DNA of 12,939 nucleotides from Fonticula alba ATCC 38817 (lineage: Eukaryota; Protista; Nucleariida): NCBI GenBank assembly GCA_000388065.2, contig KB932210.1; one strand, given 5' to 3'. The notes beneath the pieces were generated by a model. That model made no database searches and was not told where the DNA came from. It saw only the letters and a list, made by a program, of their open reading frames with translations. This document shows, piece after piece, positions 1 through 9,259 of this stretch (position 1 is its first letter; every line of letters starts with the position of its first letter). The position numbers and the translations under genes are program-made.

Positions 1-174
1 GGGGGGGGGGGAGGGCCCAGCCGGCGGCAGGAGCGCAGCAGGACGCCTCGGGCCCGGCCGCCGCGGCACAGCGCGGCACCAGTCCAGGCCAGGTGGCGGA
101 CCCGGGCCGGTCCCGCACGTCACGCGCTTCGCCCGTGGAGGAGGCCCTGCCAGAGGCCGCAAATGTGCGTGTGG

Positions 175-221
175 CCCCCCCCCCCCGCGCCCCCCCCGGG
201 CCCCCCCCGCCCCCCCCCCCC
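175..221 (-). repeat. Four long C runs (C12-GCG-C8-GGG-C8-G-C12); G-quadruplex-compatible on the minus strand
   Basis: Read directly; four G runs with loops of 1-3 nt on the minus strand. Structure formation is only a prediction. Confidence 0.7.
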
Positions 222-809
222 GCCAAGAGCCGCACAGGCACATGGCCCCGGAGAGCTGCCCCGGGCCCCGAGGGCGGCGCGCGGCCCCTCCTCAGCCCGG
301 CGTCTGTCGGGAAGGCCGCGCGCCGCAGCCGGGGGGATGCGTCATTCCAGCCCCGCTGCTTTCCCTCTTGGGCATGCCGGCCGCTTGGCCGGACCAGCCC
401 GGCACATGCGCAGCCCGGCCAACAGCCCCCCCCCCCCTGGGCATGGGCATCCGCCGGCGGCACCGACCGCCATAAACAACCCGCGCACCAACATGCCCCC
501 CGCCCCTCGATGCCGTCTATAATGCCGGCAATATCATCTCCCATAATCCCGGCCGGCCGGCCGGCCCGCTCCGACCCCGCGAAAAGCACCAAACGCACGC
601 CCCCGGCCGCGCACATTCCACCGGGCCAACCATCACACCAAGACCGTCAGCCCTGGGTTCGTTGGCACCTTCCCTCGGGAACGTTTGCGGCTCCGTGTCC
701 CCGCCCCCAGGCGGAGTTGTTTATTTTCCCCGGGGCTCCCCGGGCGAAAGGACTTCCGGCCGGGGCCGCAAGCAACCTGGCGCGGCCCCCCCCCCCCCCC
801 CCCCCCCGC

Positions 810-1403
810 NNNNNNNNNNNNNNNNNNNNNNNNNNNNNNNNNNNNNNNNNNNNNNNNNNNNNNNNNNNNNNNNNNNNNNNNNNNNNNNNNNNNNNNNNNN
901 NNNNNNNNNNNNNNNNNNNNNNNNNNNNNNNNNNNNNNNNNNNNNNNNNNNNNNNNNNNNNNNNNNNNNNNNNNNNNNNNNNNNNNNNNNNNNNNNNNNN
1001 NNNNNNNNNNNNNNNNNNNNNNNNNNNNNNNNNNNNNNNNNNNNNNNNNNNNNNNNNNNNNNNNNNNNNNNNNNNNNNNNNNNNNNNNNNNNNNNNNNNN
1101 NNNNNNNNNNNNNNNNNNNNNNNNNNNNNNNNNNNNNNNNNNNNNNNNNNNNNNNNNNNNNNNNNNNNNNNNNNNNNNNNNNNNNNNNNNNNNNNNNNNN
1201 NNNNNNNNNNNNNNNNNNNNNNNNNNNNNNNNNNNNNNNNNNNNNNNNNNNNNNNNNNNNNNNNNNNNNNNNNNNNNNNNNNNNNNNNNNNNNNNNNNNN
1301 NNNNNNNNNNNNNNNNNNNNNNNNNNNNNNNNNNNNNNNNNNNNNNNNNNNNNNNNNNNNNNNNNNNNNNNNNNNNNNNNNNNNNNNNNNNNNNNNNNNN
1401 NNN
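810..1403. other. Assembly gap (594 N) hiding the start codon of gene 1
   Basis: Run of N, immediately preceded by a C22 homopolymer (786-807); the first bases after the gap are already in frame within a signal-peptide-like segment. Confidence 0.98.
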
Positions 1404-1487
1404 CGGCGCCACCGGCCACCGGGGCCGCTGCCACTGCTGAGTCCGCTGGTGCTGCTGGCGCTGCTGGTCGTGGGCCAGGCCATCGCC
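1404..1487 (+). other. Signal peptide of gene 1 (h-region LPLLSPLVLLALLVVG, likely cleavage after AIA)
   Basis: Basic n-region residues (RRHR), hydrophobic core and A-X-A motif before MDHAF; the true Met must lie in the gap. The first visible in-frame ATG (1488) is downstream of the signal. Confidence 0.75.
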
Positions 1488-2804
1488 ATGGACCATGCCT
1501 TCCTCCACGCCGTTCCCGCCTTCGACCCGGTGCTGGACGGGTGGCTGGACTTCACCACCCCCCATGGGCAACCGTCGACGGCATACACCCGGCCAACACA
1601 AGACCTCATCCGCACCTTCAGGCAGGTCAATTCCCTGGGCCCGAGCATGGAACATCGCCAGGGGCCCTTCTTCTCCGGTGTCTCGACGGACCTGGTCCGC
1701 AAGAACCCCAGCTTCGACGGGGGGTTCAAGCTCCGCCCTCTCGATGTCCTGCGGCCGGATCCTCCCCTCCTCGAGCAGCCGCCCTTCCTGATGGATACCA
1801 ATTCCAAAATGGGCTTCTTCACCGGGGAAGCAACCTTCTCCCTCCCCGGCGAGGGCGTCGCCATCGTGGCCGGCAGCTGCCTGTCCCTGGATGAGTGTGT
1901 CGTGTTCGGCCTCACGCATGTCGATCAACACTACAGCCCCTTCATGGCGCGCGTGGGGCAGCTCGCCTCCGAACCATTGGACACCCACGGATTGGGCTTG
2001 TCCGATCCGGTGCATGTCGTCGCCGGGCCCATGCAATCCTTCCACATCGCATCCCAAGGCATTGTCAGCCAGGTGGCGGCCCATTCGCCAGGCGAGTTGC
2101 TCGGCGTGCCGCAGAAGTACGGCGACGTCCGGGCGGTCCGGCTGTTGGCCACGCGCATGTACTCCCGCACCCGCGATTGCCCCTCTTCCTCGGACTTGGT
2201 GCTGCTGCTGGAGGACGGCCAAATCCTCGTCTGGCTGTGCGAGTGGTCCAGCGCCGGGGCCGAGCGGCCCCCGATGAAGGCCCCCCTGCCGGAGGGTGTG
2301 TCGGCCATCAGCGCCCGCCTGCTCAATCCCCCTGTCACGGCGTTCGCCCCGGATGACCAGCCCCTGCCCTATCTCCTGCTGTGGGACACCCTTTCGCGAG
2401 ACTGGCGGAAGGCCCTCTGGCGGGGGGTCCCCTCCGAAAGCGATCCCATCGCCTGGACCCGGGTCATCCTGCCTGTCGCGGTGACATTCCCCCTGGACTT
2501 GCATCTGATTCGGCTCAGGGCCGCCGCCGCCACATCGCCGGACGGGCTGTGGGCCTTGACCGACGGCGCGGTGGCCCTCTTTCCATCGAAGGACTTCCTC
2601 TGCGGATTGGACCGCTCCATCCGCTGCGCCGAGCACCTCGACGATGCCGACTCGCTTGTGAACGGGTGGACATGCGCCCCGGGCCACACCGAGTCGCCCT
2701 TCATCGCCTCGGAGCACCTGTGTGCCGGCTGTTCCGACGGTTTCTACCTCGACCGCCAGCCTGGTACGTGCATTTGTGTAGGTTTTTTTTTTTCATTTTT
2801 TATT

Positions 2805-2843
<39 letters not shown>

Positions 2844-5800
2844 CTTCTGTCCCCGAGACCACCCCCAGCCCCGAGACCACCCCCAGCCCCGAGGCCAATT
2901 CCGCAGGCCTTGTCACTCACCAAAAACGAACCTTTCCCCGGGTCCCCCCCCGTCCCTTCTTGGCCCCGCGCTCGCCTGCCGCCCTCTTTTACACAGACGA
3001 GCCGCCGATGTCTCAAGAATCGCACGTGTGCCGTGAGTGCCCCCAGAAAAACTGCCTGACATGCAACCCGGAGCACTGCCTCGTGTGTGACCGGGGCTTC
3101 GTCATGCAGTTCGGCCGCGAGGGCGAGGGAAACGCGTGCGTCGAAAAATGCCCCGACGGGTCGGGCCTCTACGGCGGAGCCTGCTACCCCTGGGGTACGC
3201 CGTTCCCGAAGCTGGAGGATTCCCCCCTGCGCGTGCTCCCCCGGGTTGACCAGCTGCCGTCGGAGCAGTTGACGGCCATCGTGCCCACGCGGCTGACCTT
3301 CGACCGGGACTCCGCCTCGCCGATCCTGTCGATGAGCCAGCCCGACCCCCCGCAGCATGTGCTCCTCTTCGACACCAAGCATGACACATACATCGTGCAC
3401 CGGAGCGAGCTCGGGCTCGAGGACGCGCCGTCCCTGATGCTCGTGCATTTGTTGAGCAAGGACCTCCCGGGGCCGGTGGTTGCCTCGGCCGAGGTGGGCC
3501 CCTTCTTCCATGATGGGGAGCTGGTCATGGGGCTGGTGCTGCTCACGCAGCTGGGCGAGCCCGTCCAGGTGTGGCTGTCCTGTGTCCCCCACGCGGAGGG
3601 GCCCTGCATGGCGACCTTCTCGGAGGTGAGCAGCCTGGAGGGCGCCTTCCTGGAGGTCCAGCGCCTGGATGACCGTCGGATTTTCCTGACAGCCGCCCAC
3701 GGCATGGCGGTCATCCTGGATGCCAGCCCGGCCGCGCGGCACTTCGGCCGGGTGCCCCTCCCGGCGCCGGCCTTCGGGGCGGTGGCCCTGCCCGGGCGCG
3801 AGGCCGGCCGGTCGTACCTGCCGGGCGACCTCGGGTCCTGGCTGGTGACCACGCGCCCGAATGCCCCGGCATCGGCCCAGCCCTGGGGGCTGGTGGCCAA
3901 TCAGGACCCCCGGCTCGGGGCCCTGGAGGGGGCCTTCCTGGCCTCGGTGCCGGCCATGTCGGAGGCGCCCTTCCTGCCGGTGCTCCTGCCTCGCGGGCAG
4001 GGCGCCCCGCCGGAGCTGGTCTTCTGCCCGCTGGCGCACGGCACATGGGAGGTGTACCATGTGCCGGGGGACATGCTGCCGGCCGGCCGGTCGACCGGCC
4101 TGCCGGGGGCGTGGCAGCGCCTGGGCCGCCTGCCGCGCGACCTGCCGGCCCCCTCCCCGGCCATGACGCACGTCCGCTACCAGGCCATCCCCCTGGACAC
4201 CGGGGACCCGATGTACCCGAGTGCCTTGGTGATCCTGTCGCGCACCTTCCTCGGGGTGTCCCTGCTCCGGTGCTCGGCGGCCAAGGAGCCCCATCACGCG
4301 GCCTGTCGGCTGACCGAGGCCACCTTCTTCAGCCTGGACCCGGTCGGCCTGGAGGAGAAGGCCCCCTTCTGGGGGTCGGTCGTGGCGCGCGAGCCGCCCG
4401 GCTCGTCGGCGTCCTCGGCCCCCGGCGGCCCTGTCCCCCGGTTGCCCGGGCTCCGGAGGGACTTGCTCTTTGTGTCGCCCGGCCGGGGCCTGGTCAGCGT
4501 GGACCTGGTGATCCGGTGCCCCGAGGGGACCTTCGGCCTGGACTGCCAGATGTGCCATCCCCTGTGCCGGGAGTGCTCCGGCCCGACGGCCGGCGACTGC
4601 CTGTCGTGCCGGGTCCACCTGCCGGCCGCGCCGAGCGTCTGCCTGGCCCAATGCCCCTGGGGCCTGGTCCTGGACCCGGCATCCGGCGCGTGCCGTTGCC
4701 ACGGCAGCTGCCTGCGCTGCGACGAAAGCCCCCCCGGCAGCCAGACGTATGCCTGCTCCCAGTGCTCGAGCGCCTTTGCCCCCGACCCCCGGGGCGTGGA
4801 CCCGAGCCGGTGCCTTGCGTGCGACCCCTCCTGCGCCGAGTGCGCGGTCCCCGCCGACCCGAGCGCCTGCACCCAGTGCCCCGGCACCGGGTGGCTGCTG
4901 GGCGGCGCGTGCGTGGCCGCCTGCCCGGTCGGCACCTGGGCCGATGACCTCACGCGCACGTGCCGCCCCTGCCCGGCCCGCTGCGAGGCGTGCTCCTCGG
5001 CCGGCGGCGCCTGCACGGCCTGCATCGCGCGGCATTATCTCGGCCAGGACGGCTTGTGCCGCGCGTGCGACAGCTCGTGCCATGTGTGTGCCGAGCGGCT
5101 GTCCTGCGAGGTGTGCCGGCCGGGGCTGGTGTTCCTGTCGGCCGAAAGCGCCACCCCCTCGCTGTGCGGCAGCACCTGCGCCCCGGGCGAGTATGTCGGG
5201 GCTGGCCGGTGCGCCGCGTGCGATGGGTCGTGTGAGCTGTGCGCCGGCGGGCCGGACCGGTGCCAGGTGTGTGCGGCGGGCTTCCGCTGGGGCGTGGTCC
5301 CGGGCCCCGGCGGCACTAGTACATGCGTCGCCTGTGAGCCTGGGTGCGCCTCTTGCACGAGCGCCGCCTGCCATGCCTGCCTGCCGGGCCTTGTCCTGGA
5401 CTCGAGCAACGCGTGCGTGGCCGCCTGCCCGGCCGGGTCGTTCAGCAACGGCGAGTCGTGCCAGCCGTGCGACGTGTCTTGTGTCGCCTGCGCCGGTGGC
5501 ATGGGCAACCAGTGCACGGGCTGTGCCGCCGGGCTGGAGCTTGTCGAAGTGACCCCCGGTATTGGCACCTGCGAGTCCGGCTGCCCGGAGGGCCAGTATC
5601 GTGCAGGTGTTGACTGCCTGCCCTGCGACGCGGCCTGCGCCACGTGCAACGGCCCCACGGACAAGGACTGCTGGCGGTGTGCCTCCGGCGTGCTGCAGGG
5701 GGGCGACTGCGTGCAGGACTGCGCGGCCAGGCATGTGGCCGTGGGCGACCGGTGCCTGCCGTGCCATGTCTCCTGCGCCGAGTGCGCCGGGGTCCGGTCG

Positions 5801-8152
5801 ACCGAGTGCCTGCCGGCCTGCCCTGGGGGACTGCTGGCCCTGCCGGCCGGGCAGTCGCCCACGCGCTGCGTGCCGGCCTGCCCAGTGGGGTACCACACCT
5901 CAATGGGCGGCTGCCGCCAGTGCACGGAGCACTGCGCCAGCTGCCCGGAGTCGAACGACACGTGCGCCCTGTGCGACCGGGGCTGGCTGCTGGCCAGCCC
6001 GGACTGCCTGGCCGAGTGCCCGGCCGGGTCGGTAGCCCAGGGCGGGCTGTGCGCCACCTGCCACGCGTCCTGCGCCACATGCTACGGCCCTGACCCGGAA
6101 AACTGCTTGACGTGTGCCCCATCCAAGCCGTTGGGCATGGATGGCGCCTGCTTTGACGCCTGTCCGCCGGGGACCTTCCAGTCGGGCGAGGCGTGCATGG
6201 CCTGCAACCCGGCGTGCGCGGCCTGCTCCGGGCCGGCGGCCACCGAGTGCACCTCCTGCCCGGGCAGCCGGCCGCTGATGGACGGGGCCTGTCTCGCGGC
6301 GTGCCCCGGCGGGTGGTTTGCTGATGGCGGGGTGTGCGTCGAGTGCGACGCGGGCTGCCGCACGTGCGACGGCCCGGCCACATGCACCTCGTGCCCGGCC
6401 GGGCTGATGCTCCGGCCGGACGGCTCGTGCGGGACCGCCTGCCCGGCCGGCTGGGCCGGCTGCACCGGGGCCGGCCGGTGTGAGGCGTGTCCGGAACACT
6501 GCACCGCATGCGCGATCAGCGACGCGGACTGCGCGCCAGTGTGCACCGTCTGCACGGGCGGCCACTTCCTGTGGGACGGGGCCTGCCACCTTTCCTGCCC
6601 CGCCGGGCAGTTCGCCGACCCGGGGAGCGCCGCCTGCCGGGCCTGCGACAGCGACTGCCGGACATGCGCCGGGGCGGCGGATCGGTGCACGAGCTGCACC
6701 ACCGGGGTGCTGCTGGTGTCGGAGGGGGCGTGCGTGTCCTCGTGCCCGGGCCCCTCGGCGCCGGCCCAGGGCATCTGCCTGGACTGTCCGGTGGGGTGCC
6801 TGCGGTGCGACGCGGGCGACGCGCCGGCCGAGTGCGAGGTCCAGCCCGGGGGGGCGTTGTCCTGCTCGGAGCTGCGCACCTGCGCCGAGTGTGCCGGCGG
6901 GCTGCTGCTGCTGGACGGGGCCTCGTGCGTGTCGGAGTGCCCGGCAGGGACCTTCGCCGACCATGAAGCCGCGCCGGCGTCGTGCGTCCCCTGTCACCCG
7001 AAGTGCAAGGTCTGCAGCGGCCCCGGTGCCGAGGACTGCGTGCGGTCGCCCAAGTCGGCATCCTCGCGCATCGGCCTCGCGGTCGGGCTGGGGGTCGGGC
7101 TGCTGGTGCTGCTGGTGCTGCTGATCCTGCTGGTGCTGTTCTGCGTCCGCCGGCGCGCCAAGGCCGGGCCCGGCGCCCCGAAGGAGCTGGACGCCGAGGA
7201 CGCCACCATGCTGAACACCATCGTGGAGCTGGCCCTGCCCGGGGCCATCCTGGTCGGTGTCGACACGGACTTCCGGCCGCTGGACGAGCAGCTGGGCGCC
7301 GGCACGCAGGCGTCGGTGTATGCGGCGCAGGCGGTCGGGGCCGGGATCGGGGCCCGGCTGGGCTGCCCGGACGTGGTGGCCGTGAAGAAGATGCGGACCG
7401 AGGCCATGGCCCCGGTGCACCACGCCTTGTTCCAGAACGAGGTGGCCCTGATGTGGCTGCTCCGGGAACACGGCAACATCGTCCGGCTGTACGGGTACAG
7501 CGAGCAGCCGCCGGCCATCGTCATGGAGCGCTACCAGACGGACCTGGCCACGCTGCTGCACTCGGAGGTCCCGCTGTCAGAGCTGCAGCTGGCGGACATC
7601 GGCCAGCAGTGGGCCACCGGGCTGGAGGCCATGCACGCGCACGGCATCGCCCACTGCGACCTGAAGCCGGGCAATGTGTTTGCCAGCCAACGGCCGGATG
7701 GCTCCTGGCGCGCGGCCCTCGGCGACCTGGGCACCTCGCGCAATCTGAGCGCCGACCGGTCGTCGGTCCTCGTCAACACCATGCCCGAGCTGAATGCCAT
7801 GACCGTGCGGTACGCCGCGCCGGAGGTGATCGCCGCCTTCCAGCGCGGGACTCCGCTGGACGCGGGACACTTCTTCCCGGCGGACATGTACGCCGCGGGC
7901 ATCATGCTGCTGGAGTGCCTCACCCGGTCGACCCCCTGGCCCGGGATGGACCTGTCGGCCATCGTGGCCGCCGTGCAGGCCGGCCAGCGCCCTGACACCA
8001 GCACCTTCCCCGGCACCGGGCCCTTTGCCAATGCCGGGGACCTGGTCGCGGCGACCTGGCAGGCGGACCCGGCCCGGCGGCCCGACGCCGCGGTCCTGCG
8101 CCAGCGGTGCGCCACCTTCTTCATTGCCGCCGGCGGCCTCGGCCGGTCGTAG
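1404..8152 (+). CDS. Gene 1: receptor-like TKL-family Ser/Thr protein kinase with furin-like cysteine-rich ectodomain; join(<1404..2763,2997..8152), 5' partial
   Basis: Frame 1404-2763 reads RRHRPPGPLPLLSPLVLLALLVVGQAIA (signal-like) to ...LCAGCSDGFYLDRQP. Splicing a phase-1 GT-AG intron joins it in frame to D-EPPMSQESHVCREC..., the frame of track ORF 2381..8152, which continues through Cys repeats, a TM helix and a complete kinase to TAG at 8150-8152. Exon total 1360+5156=6516 nt is divisible by 3. Confidence 0.9.
2805..2840 (+). repeat. Hexanucleotide microsatellite (CCGGCT)6, intronic
   Basis: Six perfect copies read directly, followed by CCG. Confidence 0.95.
2851..2893 (+). repeat. 18-bp tandem repeat CCCCGAGACCACCCCCAG x2 plus partial copy, intronic
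   Basis: Perfect copies at 2851-2868 and 2869-2886, partial CCCCGAG at 2887-2893. Confidence 0.92.
4517..7039 (+). other. Array of about 18 furin-like / CXXC cysteine-rich repeats (gene 1 stalk)
   Basis: Recurring pattern CPxG[F/Y/W]...CxxCxxxCxxCxG....CxxC.......C (e.g. CPPGTFQSGEACMACNPACAACSGPAATECTSC), counted by eye; matches furin-like Cys-rich / growth-factor-receptor Cys-rich repeats. Confidence 0.9.
7070..7147 (+). other. Transmembrane helix of gene 1
   Basis: IGLAVGLGVGLLVLLVLLILLVLFCV followed by the basic stop-transfer RRRAK (type I topology). Confidence 0.95.
7271..8120 (+). other. Protein kinase domain, TKL-like, non-RD
   Basis: LGAGTQASVY (Gly loop), VAVKK (beta3 Lys), NEVALM (alphaC Glu), NIVRLYGY, HCDLKPGN (catalytic loop), DLG, TVRYAAPE, DMYAAGIML, RRP (subdomain XI). 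DLKPxN and TxxYxAPE indicate Ser/Thr-type rather than Tyr kinase motifs. Confidence 0.95.
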
Positions 8153-8492
8153 GGGGCCGCCGGGCGCGGCCGCGGGGCGACCCTCCGGCCGGCCTCGCCC
8201 CCGCGCCCAATAGATTGTTTCTTGTCAAGCCCCCTCCCGGTGACCTCCTCCCCTTGCACGCTGCCGCCAGCACCGCTGGCCCCCTTCCGGCTGGCTTCCC
8301 TCCGCGCTGGGACTGGCGCGCCCCATCAGATGGGGCGGAACCTGTTGTGAGGCACGGCGGGCCCGTCGCCGAGGCCTGCCCGGGCAATCGTCCTGTGTGC
8401 GTGTGTGTGCTTGGGGGGTGCGGATGCATGCGTGCCCGCGGCCACATCTACGAAGGTGAGCGGGCGAGGCTTGGCGGCGGGGCGTCGAGGCA

Positions 8493-8496
<4 letters not shown>

Positions 8497-8526
<30 letters not shown>
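8497..8526 (+). repeat. (CA)15 microsatellite, intergenic
   Basis: Read directly. Confidence 0.95.
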
Positions 8527-8529
<3 letters not shown>

Positions 8530-8830
8530 ACGAGCGCGCGCGCCACGGCCGCCCGCGATTCCCCGGCGCGAGGGCAATCCTGAACGTTGGCACAAGGCGG
8601 CCCCCTGATAGTCACGGCAGGGCGCCGCGGGTCGATACGAGGGGCCGGCCCGGCGCATGACCCGGTCACATGAGCGGGTGCGCGCTCGGGGCACCACGGC
8701 CCCCCCCCCGCCGGCCTGCGCGCTGCTTTGTTGGGAATAATGCCTGACAAATTACATACGGGCTCAAACACCGAAGCCCAGGGGTGCCAATGGACGCCTG
8801 CCGCATCCATGTCGCGGGGCAGTGTGCGCC

Positions 8831-8846
8831 CGCGCGCGCGCGCGCG
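8831..8846 (+). repeat. (CG)8 tract, intergenic
   Basis: Read directly. Confidence 0.92.
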
Positions 8847-8958
8847 CACCCAGGCAGGGGGCCCACAAAGAGCGACCCCCAAGCGGCACCTCGGGCCCCG
8901 GGCAGCACAGGCAGCCAGATCCCCGAGCGGCGGCGTCCCCCACCCCCCACCCCTCCGC

Positions 8959-9013
8959 CGCACACACACGCACACACGCACACACGCACACACACACACA
9001 CACGCACATACAC
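8959..9013 (+). repeat. Compound (CA)n/(CG) alternating purine-pyrimidine tract just upstream of the gene 2 ATG
   Basis: 55 nt of uninterrupted Y/R alternation (CACACACACGCACACACG...CACATACAC) ending 39 nt before ATG 9053. Confidence 0.9.
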
Positions 9014-9052
9014 CTCCCCCCGCGTCCCCGCCCCTCGCTCCGGACAGCCAGC

Positions 9053-9194
9053 ATGGCCATGCGCGCGACGAGGCCCGGGCCGCCAGCTCGCCGGCGCTGG
9101 CCCGGTCCCGCCCACGCGTCCCCCGTGCCCTCGGCCCCCCCGGCGCCGCGGACACCGCTCGCCCCCGCTCTTGCCCTGCTGTCGCTGCTGTCGC

Positions 9195-9242
<48 letters not shown>

Positions 9243-9259
9243 CCGGATCGGTCTCCTCC
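9053..9259 (+). other. Long signal peptide of gene 2 with poly-Leu core
   Basis: 39-aa Arg/Pro-rich n-region, 24-residue hydrophobic core LALLSLLSLLSLLLLLLLLLLLLL, then PGSVSS as a plausible c-region; exact cleavage site uncertain. Confidence 0.75.

Larger units (their letters stand above)
2764..2996 (+). other. Intron of gene 1 (233 nt, phase 1)
   Basis: Donor G|GTACGT at 2764, T-rich and repeat-filled interior, branch-like CACTCAC at 2914-2920, no AG between it and the acceptor CTCTTTTACACAG| at 2996; removal restores a continuous Cys-rich frame. Confidence 0.88.

Noticed and set aside
93-1403. N-terminal part of track ORF 93..3059 as coding sequence
   Set aside because: Non-ATG start, Pro-rich translation of C homopolymers, and frame across a 594-N gap is meaningless; only 1404-2763 is supported.
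2783-2843. T11 run and tandem repeats as a terminator or CRISPR-like array
   Set aside because: Inside a spliceosomal intron; no spacers and no hairpin-plus-U arrangement.
2901-2906. Alternative in-frame acceptor TTCCGCAG| at 2906 (would add 30 aa)
   Set aside because: Phase-compatible, but the branch-like CTCAC and the pyrimidine tract lie downstream of it, favouring 2996; not excluded without RNA data.
2381-2996. 5' extension of track ORF 2381..8152
   Set aside because: Overlaps exon 1 in another frame and crosses the intron; the GSGSGS and PETTPS repeats are intronic microsatellites.
7271-8120. Orthology to EGFR/insulin-receptor tyrosine kinases
   Set aside because: Lacks HRDLAARN and PxxWxAPE tyrosine-kinase signatures and has no recognisable L domains; the resemblance is architectural only, so no gene symbol is given.
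8394-8976. 17-nt perfect inverted repeat (8394-8410 vs 8960-8976) as transposon termini or hairpin
   Set aside because: Both arms are low-complexity TG/CA microsatellite, so the match is expected; no target-site duplication or transposase.
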